Source: an uncultured Acidobacteriota bacterium (lineage in GTDB: Bacteria > Acidobacteriota > Thermoanaerobaculia > Multivoradales > SZUA-115). Taken from it: 64,000 bases of DNA. Numbering within the stretch: the stretch's first letter is position 1; every line of letters starts with the position of its first letter. Below, in pieces: positions 1 to 8,940 of the stretch. Made by a program: the position numbers and the translations under genes. The notes under the pieces were generated by a model. That model was not told the origin of the DNA, searched no databases, and saw only the letters and a list, made by a program, of their open reading frames with translations. The stretch is taken from positions 512,001 to 576,000 of the forward strand of contig CAWDVR010000002.1 of NCBI GenBank assembly GCA_963805975.1, given 5' to 3'.

Positions 1-336
1 CAGGCGGTTGTTGCACTCGGTGTCGACGATCGCGCCCGGGTTGAGCTGCTGGTCGACGTAGGCGGTCAGCCGTGCCGTGTCGCTCGCCCCCAGGGCGTTG
101 AAGGCGGCGATATCGCCCGGCCGCGGGCCGAAGCCCAGACGGTTGAGGGCGATCACCGCGAGCGGCGGCAGCGCGGGGCCGACGCCGGTCTCGGCACTCG
201 GCGCCTGGGCCGGATCGCGCATCGCGTCGGCCGCCTGGTAGCGGATATTCCCCAGGAGCGAGAGCACCACGTCCCGCCGCGAGCGCGCGGGCGCGGGGCG
301 CTGGGCCTGGGCGAGGTTGCGGGCTGGCTGCGGCAT
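1..336 (-). CDS. DUF1800-family protein, 5' part only (runs off the window edge)
   Basis: Not in the ORF track. Manual translation from ATG 336 is open to base 1: MPQPARNLA...ALNRLGFGPRPGDIAAF...YVDQQLNPGAIVD. LNRLxFGPRPG and YVDQQLxP are typical of the DUF1800 N-terminus. Confidence 0.7.
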   Translation of the reverse strand, partial: MPQPARNLAQAQRPAPARSRRDVVLSLLGNIRYQAADAMRDPAQAPSAETGVGPALPPLAVIALNRLGFGPRPGDIAAFNALGASDTARLTAYVDQQLNPGAIVDTECNNRL

Positions 337-432
337 GGGCGCTCCCCTATCGAGCAAATCGCGGGACGAAAGCCCCGCCATCGTAGGGAAGAGCCCGCCG
401 GGGCGCAGTGAGATGGTTCACATGAGCCGTTC

Positions 433-636
433 TCAACCCCCCTGCACGAAGTGAACGATCTCGAGCCGGTCCCCGGCCTGGAGCGTAGTGACTACGTAGC
501 GGTCGCGCGGCAGGATCTCACCGTTGAGCTCCACCGCCACGGTGCGCGGGTCGCGGCCGGCCGCGGCGAGCAGGTCGAGGAGCGTCGTCGCGGGAGCGAG
601 CGAGCGCGGCTCGCCGTTGACCTCGACCTCGATCAT
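433..636 (-). CDS. thiS: Sulfur carrier protein ThiS
   Basis: 67 aa; VNGE start, AVELNGEI, and C-terminal DRLEIVHFVQGG di-glycine. Confidence 0.9.
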   Translation of the reverse strand: MIEVEVNGEPRSLAPATTLLDLLAAAGRDPRTVAVELNGEILPRDRYVVTTLQAGDRLEIVHFVQGG

Positions 637-646
637 TCTGCTTCGT

Positions 647-1369
647 CTACAGCAAGTGCTTGAGCTCGGCCGAGCCGATGGCGCTCGCCGCGGTGATGAT
701 CAGCGCGGCGGCGCCGCCGCCCAGCTCGGGGATGAAGAAGTTGAGCTGCAGGCCGCCGCCGGAGTCGGTCTCGCCGGTGGCGAGGGTCCGCGCCTCGGCC
801 ACCGTCGAGATCAGCTTCACGTCCACGTGCGCGCCGGTCACCGGCTCGCCGCTGCGGCTGGAGGTGGCGAGCAGCCGCAGCCGCGACGGCAGGCCGACCG
901 ACAGCGCGGGCTCTCCTTCCAGGGCGAGCCGGAGCTGTTCGCGGTCGGCCTCGCTGGTCAGGTAGTCGAGGATCACCTGGTCGAGGGTGGTCTCGGACTC
1001 GGTGACCTTGGTGGCGGTCAGCACGTCGGCGGGCTCGGACAGCGCCGCGGCCGCGGCGGCAACCAGGGGGGAGGCCACCAGGGGCGCGGCGACCTTGCCC
1101 AGCATCAGGTGGAGCTTGTCGTCGAACTTGCCCTGGCGGATGGCGGCGATCACCGTGCGGTGCTGCGTCTCCATCAGGCCACTGATGGCGTCCGGGCCCT
1201 TACCGTCGGCCAGCAGGGCGGCGTAGCTCGCCCGCTTGGCAGCCAGCACCCGGCCGCCGACGTATACCAGGCTCTCTATGAACGGGTTCGCGGTGCCCTT
1301 GTCCTCCGTCTGCACGTGGAAAACCGTGTCGGCGTGGCGGACATCGGTGTTGTAGCCGGCGATCATCAC
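647..1369 (-). CDS. Hypothetical protein
   Basis: 240-aa ORF with coding-like composition (GYNTDV..FHVQTEDKG..IESLVY), directly upstream of thiS; no family recognised. Confidence 0.7.
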   Translation of the reverse strand: MMIAGYNTDVRHADTVFHVQTEDKGTANPFIESLVYVGGRVLAAKRASYAALLADGKGPDAISGLMETQHRTVIAAIRQGKFDDKLHLMLGKVAAPLVASPLVAAAAAALSEPADVLTATKVTESETTLDQVILDYLTSEADREQLRLALEGEPALSVGLPSRLRLLATSSRSGEPVTGAHVDVKLISTVAEARTLATGETDSGGGLQLNFFIPELGGGAAALIITAASAIGSAELKHLL

Positions 1370-1591
1370 TGGGGTCTGAAGAGCTCGGGAGCGGCCCTCT
1401 ATCCTAGAACAGACGACAGGCGAAGGGCAGAGGCTTAGGCACCCGGCTCATTCGAGCCGCTCTTTGTGCGAGAATCTTCCGCGGTGCGGCTCCCCCCGCC
1501 CTGAACACCCCAATCCCTGGAACGACTGCCGCCGGAGGCGTGCTCGCCCGCGGCCGGCCCCTTCAGCCGCCAATCTAAGGAGAGAAGAACG

Positions 1592-2404
1592 ATGTCCCAG
1601 ACCACCACGGAGACCGCCGAGCGGACGCTGGTCCACTACGAAGCGCGCGAAGGCGTCGCCTACCTCACCCTGGACGACCCGCCGGCCAACACCTACACGC
1701 ACGAGATGATGCGCCAGATCGACGAATGCATCCTCAAGGCCCGCTTCGATGCCGGCGTGCACGTCATCGTGATCACCGGCGCCGGCGAGAAGATGTTCTG
1801 CGCCGGGGCCAACATCAACATGCTGAAGGGCTCGGACCCAACCTTCAAGTACTTCTTCTGCCTGCACGCCAACGAGACCCTCTCGCGCCTCGAGCAGACC
1901 CCCAAGCTGGTGATCGCGGCGCTCAACGGCAACACCGTGGGCGGCGGCCTCGAGATCGCCATGGCCGCGGACCTGCGCATCGCCAGGAAGGGCGCCGGCA
2001 AGGTCGGCCTGCCCGAGGTATCGCTCGGGGTGCTCCCCGGCACCGGCGGCACCCAGCGGCTGGTGCGCATCGTGGGCAAGAGCCGGGCGATCGAGATGAT
2101 GGTCACCGGGCGGCTGTTCTCGATGGAAGAGGCGCAAGGCTACGGCATCGTGGACGCGATCTTCGAGGGCGACGACTTCCGCGGCCAGATCCACGCCTAC
2201 GCCCGGCAGTTCTGCCCGCCCAACAAGGCGTCCAAGGCCGTGGGCCGGATCAAGCGCTCCGTGCAGTCCGGCGCCGAGGTCCCGTTCGAGTACGGCCTGA
2301 CGCTCGAGCGCGAGCTGCAGCAGCAGCTCTTCCAGAGCGAGGACGCGAAGGAAGGCCTGGCCGCCTACGTCGAGAAGCGGCAGCCGGAGTTCAAGGGCGC
2401 CTGA
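1592..2404 (+). CDS. Enoyl-CoA hydratase/isomerase (crotonase family)
   Basis: FCAGANI, NGNTVGGGLEIA, GLPEVSLGVLPGTGGTQRL; RBS AAGGAG upstream. Confidence 0.92.
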   Translation: MSQTTTETAERTLVHYEAREGVAYLTLDDPPANTYTHEMMRQIDECILKARFDAGVHVIVITGAGEKMFCAGANINMLKGSDPTFKYFFCLHANETLSRLEQTPKLVIAALNGNTVGGGLEIAMAADLRIARKGAGKVGLPEVSLGVLPGTGGTQRLVRIVGKSRAIEMMVTGRLFSMEEAQGYGIVDAIFEGDDFRGQIHAYARQFCPPNKASKAVGRIKRSVQSGAEVPFEYGLTLERELQQQLFQSEDAKEGLAAYVEKRQPEFKGA

Positions 2405-3585
2405 TGGGCAAGGGCATCGTTCTCGCCGCGCCGGTGCGCACGCCGATCGGAAAGTTCGGCGGCGCGCTGGCCTCGCTCTCGGCGGCCGACCTGGGCACCG
2501 CTGCCGCCACGGCTTGCCTCGAGCGGGCCGGCCTCGCCGCCGCGGACGTGGAGCAGGTGATCCTCGGCCACGCGCGGCAGGCGGGCGGCGGCCCCAACAC
2601 GGCGCGGCAGGTGGGCTACCGCGCCGGCGTGCCGGTCGACCGTCCCGCCTTCACCATCAACCAGGCCTGCGGCTCCGGGCTCCAGGCCGTGCTCTCCGCG
2701 GCGCGCACCATCCTGAACGGCGAGGCGGAGGTGATCCTGGCCGGTGGCACGGAGAGCATGTCCAACACGCCCTATCTCCTGCCGCGGGCGCGCTGGGGCT
2801 ATCGCCTCGGACACGCCGAGCTGACCGACGGCATGTACAAGGACGGCTTCAACGACCCGCTCTCCGGCCTGGTGATGGGCGAGACGGCCGAGGAGCTGGC
2901 CGCGGAGACCGGCATCGACCGCACCGCGGCCGACGCCTACGCCCTCGAGAGCCAGCTCCGCTGCGAGGCGGCGCGCACGGCCGGCCGGTTCGTGCCCGAG
3001 ATCGCGCCGATCTCCGTGCCGGGGAAAAAAGGCGAGACCCGCATCGAGACCGACGAGCACCCGCGCGACGGCATGACGCTCGCGGACCTCACCAAGCTCG
3101 CGCCCGTGTTCCGCGAGGGCGGCACGGTGACCGCCGGCAACGCCTCGGGCATCACCGACGGCGCGGCGGCGCTGGTGGTGGCCTCGGAGGCGGCGGCCGA
3201 GCGGCTGGGCCTGGTACCCGTCGCCCGGCTGGTGGATTGGGAGGTGGTGGGGGTCGAGCCGCGGATCATGGGCATCGGCCCGGTGCCGGCCTGCCGGAAG
3301 CTCCTGGAGCGCCAAGGGCTCTCCGGCCAGGACATCGACGCCGTGGAGCTGAACGAGGCCTTCGCCAGCCAGGTGCTGGCCTGCGTCCAGGGCCTAGACT
3401 TCGCACCCGAAATCGTCAACCCGGACGGCGGCGCCATCGCTCTCGGCCATCCGATCGGCGCCACCGGCTGCCGCATCCTCGTGACCCTGCTCCATGGCCT
3501 CGCGGCCCGCGGCGGCAAGCGCGGCATCGCGACCCTCTGCGTCTCGGGCGGGATGGGCCTGGCGGCGCTGGTCGAGCGGGTCTGA
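2404..3585 (+). CDS. Thiolase (acetyl-CoA C-acyltransferase)
   Basis: Starts MGKGIVLAAPVRTPIGKFGG at ATG 2404 (TGATG coupling); INQACGSG, NEAFA, GHPIGATG and LCVSGGMG motifs. Confidence 0.95.
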   Translation: MGKGIVLAAPVRTPIGKFGGALASLSAADLGTAAATACLERAGLAAADVEQVILGHARQAGGGPNTARQVGYRAGVPVDRPAFTINQACGSGLQAVLSAARTILNGEAEVILAGGTESMSNTPYLLPRARWGYRLGHAELTDGMYKDGFNDPLSGLVMGETAEELAAETGIDRTAADAYALESQLRCEAARTAGRFVPEIAPISVPGKKGETRIETDEHPRDGMTLADLTKLAPVFREGGTVTAGNASGITDGAAALVVASEAAAERLGLVPVARLVDWEVVGVEPRIMGIGPVPACRKLLERQGLSGQDIDAVELNEAFASQVLACVQGLDFAPEIVNPDGGAIALGHPIGATGCRILVTLLHGLAARGGKRGIATLCVSGGMGLAALVERV

Positions 3586-3613
3586 CGCCGGGTCCCAATC
3601 GCGAGAAGGAGCC

Positions 3614-4312
3614 ATGCGCATCCTCGTCACCTGCGAAGGGGCCCACAAGGCGCCGCCGTATCTTGCGGCGCTCGTGGCCGCCGGCTTCGCGGAGGAGGAC
3701 CTGAAGCTGATCCTGCCCGGCGAAACGGCGGACTGGAGCCGGCTGGGCGCCGAGGCGGATGGCCTCCTCCTCTGCGGCGGCCCCGACGTCGAGCCTTGGC
3801 GCTACGGCGAGGAGCCGCTGACCGGGGCCGGGCTCGACCTGCTGCCGCCGCTCGACGAGATCGAGCTCGGGGTGCTCGCCGGCGCCCGGGAGACGGCACG
3901 GCCCGCGCTCTGCATCTGCCGCGGCCAGCAGGTGGCCAACGTCTTTCTCGGTGGCACCCTCTACCAGGATCTCGCCATCCAACGGCCGGGGCTCGTGCCG
4001 CACCAGGTGATGATGCCCAAGGATGCCTTGGCGCATGACGCCCAGGTGGCGGACCTCGATCACCCGCTGGCGGAGCTCCTGGGCAGCGAGCCGCTGCCGG
4101 TCAACAGCCGGCACCATCAGGCCATCCATCGGCTGGGAGAGGGGCTGGAGGTCATCGCCACCGCGCCGGACGGCGTGATCGAGGCCGTGGCCCTTCCCAG
4201 GGAGCACGATGGCTGGTGGCTCGAGGCCGTGCAGTGGCACCCGGAGAACCTGCTGGCTCTCGACCGGCATCGGGCCCTCTTCACCCGTTTCGCGGCCGAG
4301 GTGGGCCGGTGA
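3614..4312 (+). CDS. Peptidase C26 / gamma-glutamyl-GABA hydrolase (PuuD-like) glutamine amidotransferase
   Basis: GGPDV, ICRGQQ (nucleophile Cys), VNSRHHQA, VQWHPE; ATG 3614 follows GAAGGAG. Confidence 0.9.
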   Translation: MRILVTCEGAHKAPPYLAALVAAGFAEEDLKLILPGETADWSRLGAEADGLLLCGGPDVEPWRYGEEPLTGAGLDLLPPLDEIELGVLAGARETARPALCICRGQQVANVFLGGTLYQDLAIQRPGLVPHQVMMPKDALAHDAQVADLDHPLAELLGSEPLPVNSRHHQAIHRLGEGLEVIATAPDGVIEAVALPREHDGWWLEAVQWHPENLLALDRHRALFTRFAAEVGR

Positions 4313-5073
4313 GCACCGTCCTCGTCCAGCTCGACGGCCGCGTGGCCACGGTCACCGTCAACCGCCCGCCGCTCAACATCCTGGACCTCGAAACCCTGTC
4401 CATGCTGGGCGAGGCGGTGCGCGGTCTGGCCACCGTCGCCGACCTGGGGCTGGTAGTGGTGCGCGGCGCCGGGCCCAAGGCGTTCTCCGCCGGGGTCTCG
4501 GTGGCCGACCACACGCCGGACAAGGTCGCGGACATGCTCTCGCTCTTCCACGGCGCGCTCCAGGCGCTCGCCGCGATCGAGGTGCCGACCCTCGCCGCGG
4601 TCCACGGCCACTGCCTGGGCGGCGGCATGGAGCTCGCCGCCGCCTGCGACTTCGTGCTCGCCACGGAGGACGCGCGATTCGGCCAGCCGGAGATCGAGCT
4701 CGGCTGCTACCCGCCCTACGCGGCGGCCCTCTACCCCTCCCGCCTCGGCCGGGCACGGGCTCTCGAGCTGATCCTGACCGGCCGTGTGCTCTCCGCCGCC
4801 GAGGCGGAGAGGCTGGGCTTCGTCACCTGGCTGGCGCCGGCCGGGGGGTTGGACGCCAGGCTGGAGGAGATCGTCGCCCTGCTGACCGCGAAGAGCGCCG
4901 CCGTGGCGCGCCTCGCCAAACGCGGCGTCGACGCCGGAGCCGCTCGGCCCTTCGCGGAGGCGCTGGCCGAGAACGAGCGCCTGTACCTCGAAGACCTTTG
5001 CGCCACCGAGGACATGCACGAGGGGCTGGCCGCCTTCGCCGAGAAGCGCCGCCCGCAGTGGAAGCACCGCTAA
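4309..5073 (+). CDS. Enoyl-CoA hydratase/isomerase, resembling Dch-like dienoyl-CoA hydratases
   Basis: GTG start overlaps the upstream stop; FSAGVSV, HGHCLGGGMELA, FGQPEIELG. Confidence 0.88.
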   Translation: MSTVLVQLDGRVATVTVNRPPLNILDLETLSMLGEAVRGLATVADLGLVVVRGAGPKAFSAGVSVADHTPDKVADMLSLFHGALQALAAIEVPTLAAVHGHCLGGGMELAAACDFVLATEDARFGQPEIELGCYPPYAAALYPSRLGRARALELILTGRVLSAAEAERLGFVTWLAPAGGLDARLEEIVALLTAKSAAVARLAKRGVDAGAARPFAEALAENERLYLEDLCATEDMHEGLAAFAEKRRPQWKHR

Positions 5074-5098
5074 ACCACCTGTTTCGAGGGAGAGAGAG

Positions 5099-5875
5099 AT
5101 GCCCGAGACCGTCCTCCTGGAGCGCGAAGGCCGCGTCGCCATCCTGACCGTCAATCGCCCCGACAAGCTCAACGCCTTGAACCAGCAGGTGCGGGACGAC
5201 ATGCTCGCCCACCTCACCGCGCTCGAGAGCGACGAGTCGATCGGGGTGCTCGTGGTCACCGGCAGCGGCGAGAAGTCCTTCATCGCCGGCGCCGACATCG
5301 GTGAGTTCGAGGGCCGGAGCCCGTTCGACCAGCGCCAGGCGATGGCGAGCCCACGCATCTTCGACGTGATGGCGAACTATCCCAAGCCGGTCGTCGCCAT
5401 GATCAACGGCTTCTGCCTCGGCGGTGGCTGCGAGCTGGCCCTCTCCTGCGACTTCCGGGTCGCATCCGAGAAGGCCCGGTTCGGCCAGCCCGAGATCAAG
5501 CTCGGTCTGATCCCCGGCGGCGGCGGCACCCAGCGCCTGCCGCGGCAGGTGGGTCTCGGCCACGCCATGCGACTGATCCTCTCCGGCGCCATGATCGACG
5601 CCGCCGAGGCGAAGCAGATCGGCCTGGTGGAGGTCGTGGTGCCGGCGGAAGAGCTGCGCGCCAAGACCCTCGAGATCGCGGCCGAGATCGCCGCCAAGAG
5701 CCCGCTCACCCTGCGTGTGGCCAAGGAGGCCCTGCGCGCGAGCCAGCGCATGGCGGTCGAGGAAGGCATCGCTTACGAGCGCGACCTCTTCTGCCTCTGC
5801 TTCTCGAGTGAGGACAAGAAAGAAGGCGTGGCCGCGTTCCTGGAGAAGCGGCAAGCAGAGTGGAAAGGGCGTTAG
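5099..5875 (+). CDS. Enoyl-CoA hydratase (crotonase)
   Basis: FIAGADI, INGFCLGGGCELA, GQPEIKLGLIPGGGGTQRL. Confidence 0.93.
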   Translation: MPETVLLEREGRVAILTVNRPDKLNALNQQVRDDMLAHLTALESDESIGVLVVTGSGEKSFIAGADIGEFEGRSPFDQRQAMASPRIFDVMANYPKPVVAMINGFCLGGGCELALSCDFRVASEKARFGQPEIKLGLIPGGGGTQRLPRQVGLGHAMRLILSGAMIDAAEAKQIGLVEVVVPAEELRAKTLEIAAEIAAKSPLTLRVAKEALRASQRMAVEEGIAYERDLFCLCFSSEDKKEGVAAFLEKRQAEWKGR

Positions 5876-6924
5876 GGCCGGGCGAAGACCTCCGCGAGGC
5901 TCCGGGCCGTGAGCACCCGCTCTGCCCAGGCGAGTAGCGTCTCCGCGTCGGCAGCTTCCACAAGACCGCGCGTCTCTTCGTCGAGCGGGCCGAACCGCCT
6001 TTCCAGCTGCCGAGCCAGCAAGCGGGCCTCACCTTCCCGGAGGCCCTGTTTGCGACCTTCTTCCCGGCCCTGTTTCCGGCCTTCTTCCCGACCTTCTTTG
6101 CGGCCTTCTTTGCGGCCTTCTTTGCGGCCTTCTTTGCGGCCTTCTCTCAGCCCGTCCTGCTTCCATTGCTCGGTCCACTCGATCACGCGTTCTGCGAGCA
6201 TGGTCTTGATCTCCCGAAGTTCCGCCAGCGCGGGCACCCGGATGCCGGGCAGCCTCCCTGGCAGCAGCACCCGTGCGAGCCAGGTGGCAAAGGCTCGCCG
6301 CAACTCCCTCCCATCGGGTGCCGCCAGCGAAGCCGTGAGTGACGCCACTTCCTCTCTCACTTCCTCAGGTCCACGGCTGCGCTCGAGCCGCACCAGCGAC
6401 GCTGCGACGTTGGGCGCGCCGGACAGCGCGTCCAGTGAAAGAGCGTTCTCGTCGAGGACCAGGTAGCGCAGGCGGGGCCGGAAGACATCGAGGCCACCAG
6501 GCAGGCGCGCGATCAACCGAGAGACCTCCCGCGCCGCCCACCAGCGCCGGCGACCATTGTAGAGCACCAGCGGAACGACGGGCGGGAGCTTGCCGTCCGG
6601 CGCCAGCTCGCCGCGCCGGATGAGGTCCTGGTACAGCAATGCGACGTAGGCCAGCGCGCGAACCGCCATGAAACGATCCACCGTGGACTGGAACTCGAAC
6701 AAGAGGTAGACGTACAACCACGGCCCGCCTCGCGACCGCAGCCGCCAGACCACGTCCTCCTCCCGGTGCTTGAGATCGTCGCTGACGTGCGCGGGGTTCA
6801 CGCGCTCCAAGGTCGAGAAATCCAGGCCGGCCACCCAGGGCTGGTGCACGAACCCGCGCAGCAGGTCCGCCACCATCCTGGGGTGTGAGAAAAGGAGCTT
6901 GTAGCCGCCGTCGTGGTCGGGCAT
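5872..6924 (-). CDS. Rpn/YhgA-like recombination-promoting nuclease (putative transposase) with C-terminal repeat and DUF4351-like tail
   Basis: HDGGYKLLFSHP, REEDVVWRL, LLFEFQS, LPPVVPLVLYNG, followed by (EGRK)n and LERRFG..W.ERVL.A.SL.EVF. Confidence 0.9.
   Translation of the reverse strand: MPDHDGGYKLLFSHPRMVADLLRGFVHQPWVAGLDFSTLERVNPAHVSDDLKHREEDVVWRLRSRGGPWLYVYLLFEFQSTVDRFMAVRALAYVALLYQDLIRRGELAPDGKLPPVVPLVLYNGRRRWWAAREVSRLIARLPGGLDVFRPRLRYLVLDENALSLDALSGAPNVAASLVRLERSRGPEEVREEVASLTASLAAPDGRELRRAFATWLARVLLPGRLPGIRVPALAELREIKTMLAERVIEWTEQWKQDGLREGRKEGRKEGRKEGRKEGREEGRKQGREEGRKQGLREGEARLLARQLERRFGPLDEETRGLVEAADAETLLAWAERVLTARSLAEVFARP
6030..6150 (-). repeat. 12-bp tandem repeat encoding (EGRK/EGRE/QGRE)n inside the Rpn gene
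   Basis: Repeated GCGGCCTTCTTT units and variants are visible on the + strand. Confidence 0.9.
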
Positions 6925-6997
6925 GCCGCCTTCCGCCTCCGTTCAACTGGAGAAAGACGGAATCGCACGGCCCGACCTTACGAGCGGGGCCTCGGCT

Positions 6998-7870
6998 TCA
7001 GGGGATCCCGTACCGCCGCCGCCTCTCCCAGAGCGACTTGCGGCTGATGCCCAGGAGCTCGGCCGCGTGCGCCTGATGGCCGCGGGTATAGGCCAGGGCG
7101 CGGCGGATGGCTGCCTCCTCCAGCTCGGCGAGCGGCAACGGCCGGGCCTCGGTCGAGCCCGAAGGCAGCTCCGGGCTGAGCGGCGCCATCGGGTCGAGGA
7201 TCAGGGCACGCTCGAGGACGTTCCGGAGCTGGCGGAGGTTGCCAGGCCAGGCGTAGTCCCGCATCCACTCCCAAGAGGCGCTCGCGATCTCCGGCGCCCG
7301 GAGGCCCAGCCGCAGCGCCAGGTCGGCGAGGATCCCCGCCACCAGGCCGGGCAGCTCGGCCCGGCGCTCGCGCAGCGGCGCCAGGCGGAAAGCCAGAACC
7401 TCGAGCCGGTAGTAGAGGTCGGGGCGAAAGACGCCGCGCGCGAGGCGATCGCCCAGGTCCTCGGGGCCGAGGGCGATGAAACGGACGTCGGCCTGCCGCT
7501 CCCGGCCGCCGAGCGGAACGTAGCGCTTCTCGGCGAGCAGGCGCAGGAGCTTGGGCTGCGCCGCGAGCGGCAGGGCCTCTACGTGGTCGAGCACCAGCGT
7601 ACCCGCCTCGGCCCTGGCCACCCGGCCTTTCATCGAGCGCTCGGCGCCGGTGAAGGCGCCCTTCTCGAAACCGAAGAGCTCGCTCTCGAACAGCTCCGCC
7701 GGAAAGCCGGCCGGGTCGATCTCGACCAGCGGCCCCGCGGCGCGGGCGGAAGCCGCGTGAATCTCCCGCGCCAGGCGCGACCGCCCGGTCCCCGGCTCGC
7801 CGAGAATCAAAACCGGGGCGTCGCTCGCCGCGGCCCGCGCCAGCCAGTCGGAAGTGGAAGGATCGAGCAT
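6998..7870 (-). CDS. Sigma-54 interaction (AAA+) domain plus Fis-type HTH, with no N-terminal sensor and degenerate Walker motifs
   Basis: ESELFGFEKGAFTGA, FRPDLYYRL, WPGNLRQLRN and AAELLGISRKSL are present; Walker A reads GEPGTGRS and Walker B reads LVLDH. Confidence 0.88.
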   Translation of the reverse strand: MLDPSTSDWLARAAASDAPVLILGEPGTGRSRLAREIHAASARAAGPLVEIDPAGFPAELFESELFGFEKGAFTGAERSMKGRVARAEAGTLVLDHVEALPLAAQPKLLRLLAEKRYVPLGGRERQADVRFIALGPEDLGDRLARGVFRPDLYYRLEVLAFRLAPLRERRAELPGLVAGILADLALRLGLRAPEIASASWEWMRDYAWPGNLRQLRNVLERALILDPMAPLSPELPSGSTEARPLPLAELEEAAIRRALAYTRGHQAHAAELLGISRKSLWERRRRYGIP

Positions 7871-7918
7871 CGGTGCAACGGACGCTGCGGCAAGAGCCGT
7901 GCGGCCGGCAGCGGCCGC

Positions 7919-8335
7919 CTAGCGGCGGTGATCGAGGCTCTTCTGGCCCGCGCCACGCTCGAAGCCCGCAAAGTCGCCGGTCACGTCCGGCGCGTCGGAC
8001 CACAGGCGCTCGAGGGCGTAGAAGCCGCGGCGCTCGTCGTCGAAGACGTGGACCACGAAATCACCGTAGTCCATCAGCACCCACTTGGCATCCGACTGGC
8101 CCTCGACGTGGAGTGGCTTCACCCGCGACGCGACGAGCTTCTGCGCCACGGCATCGGCGATCGCCTGCACCTGGCGGGAATTCGAGCCGCTGCAGATCAG
8201 AAAATAGTCCGTGAAGTCGGTGACCGGCTCCAGGTGCAGAACCTTGAGGTCGGTGGCCTTGTGGTCGAGCGCGGCGCTGGCGACGTCTTGGACCAGGCGC
8301 GGGATGTCGATGGTCTGGTCTGAGGTAGAGCTCAT
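7919..8335 (-). CDS. rsfS: Ribosome silencing factor RsfS
   Basis: KATDLKVLHL, DYFLICSG.NSRQVQAIAD, WVLMDYGDFVVHVF, FYALERLWSDAP; follows nadD. Confidence 0.95.
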   Translation of the reverse strand: MSSTSDQTIDIPRLVQDVASAALDHKATDLKVLHLEPVTDFTDYFLICSGSNSRQVQAIADAVAQKLVASRVKPLHVEGQSDAKWVLMDYGDFVVHVFDDERRGFYALERLWSDAPDVTGDFAGFERGAGQKSLDHRR

Positions 8336-8940
8336 GTGTAGAGGTCGTACTTTCGGATGAATTCTAGCACCAGGGGCGCCAGTGCCCCGGGTGGCGGATC
8401 CTCGCCGCGCGCCAGCAGGCCGCGGATCGCGGTCGAGGAGAGGTCGATCGCCGGGCCGGGGAGAAAGGAGGCCCGGCCGCTGTCGAGGAGCGCCAGAACC
8501 TCCTCCGGCGCTTCTGCACGCACCCTCGTCTCGTCCCACCCCGGCCGCGGCAGCACCGCGAGCCAGGCGAGCTCGGGGAGCTCCTGCCACCGCCGCCAGG
8601 TGGCGAGCCGTGCGAAGGAGTCGCTGCCGACGATCAGGAACATCTCGTCGCCCGGCAGCACGCGACGGAAGTGCGCGAGCGTGTCGGCGGTGTAGCGCAC
8701 CTCGCCGGGCGTCAGCTCGTGGGCCGAGGCGAAGAGCTTGCTCTCGGCCAGCAGCGCCAGCTCCACCATGGCATAGCGCGCGTGGGCCGGCGCCGAGCGC
8801 GGCCCCGGCTTGTGGGGCGGCTGGGCGGTCGGCAGGAAGAGCACGCGGTCGAGCCCGAGAGCTTCACGCGCCGCCTCGACCGGCTGTACGTGGCCGCGAT
8901 GGGGAGGGTCGAAGCTGCCGCCGAAGAGGCCAGTCCTCAT
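8332..8940 (-). CDS. nadD: Nicotinate-nucleotide adenylyltransferase
   Basis: [31 protein letters not shown]; start set at ATG 8940, overlapping the obg stop. Confidence 0.95.
   Translation of the reverse strand: MRTGLFGGSFDPPHRGHVQPVEAAREALGLDRVLFLPTAQPPHKPGPRSAPAHARYAMVELALLAESKLFASAHELTPGEVRYTADTLAHFRRVLPGDEMFLIVGSDSFARLATWRRWQELPELAWLAVLPRPGWDETRVRAEAPEEVLALLDSGRASFLPGPAIDLSSTAIRGLLARGEDPPPGALAPLVLEFIRKYDLYT

Noticed and set aside
352-392. GCAAA...GGGACG.AAAGCC resembling a c-di-GMP-I riboswitch
   Set aside because: The P2 stem is missing and it lies on the strand opposite the flanking genes; more likely a simple hairpin or terminator.
6030-6150. Tandem repeats as a CRISPR array (also 20647-20706 and about 37295-37350)
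   Set aside because: They are in-frame coding repeats without unique spacers, and no cas genes are present.
5872-6924. Rpn gene as an IS element
   Set aside because: No terminal inverted repeats or target duplication were seen, and the family is not known to transpose like an IS.
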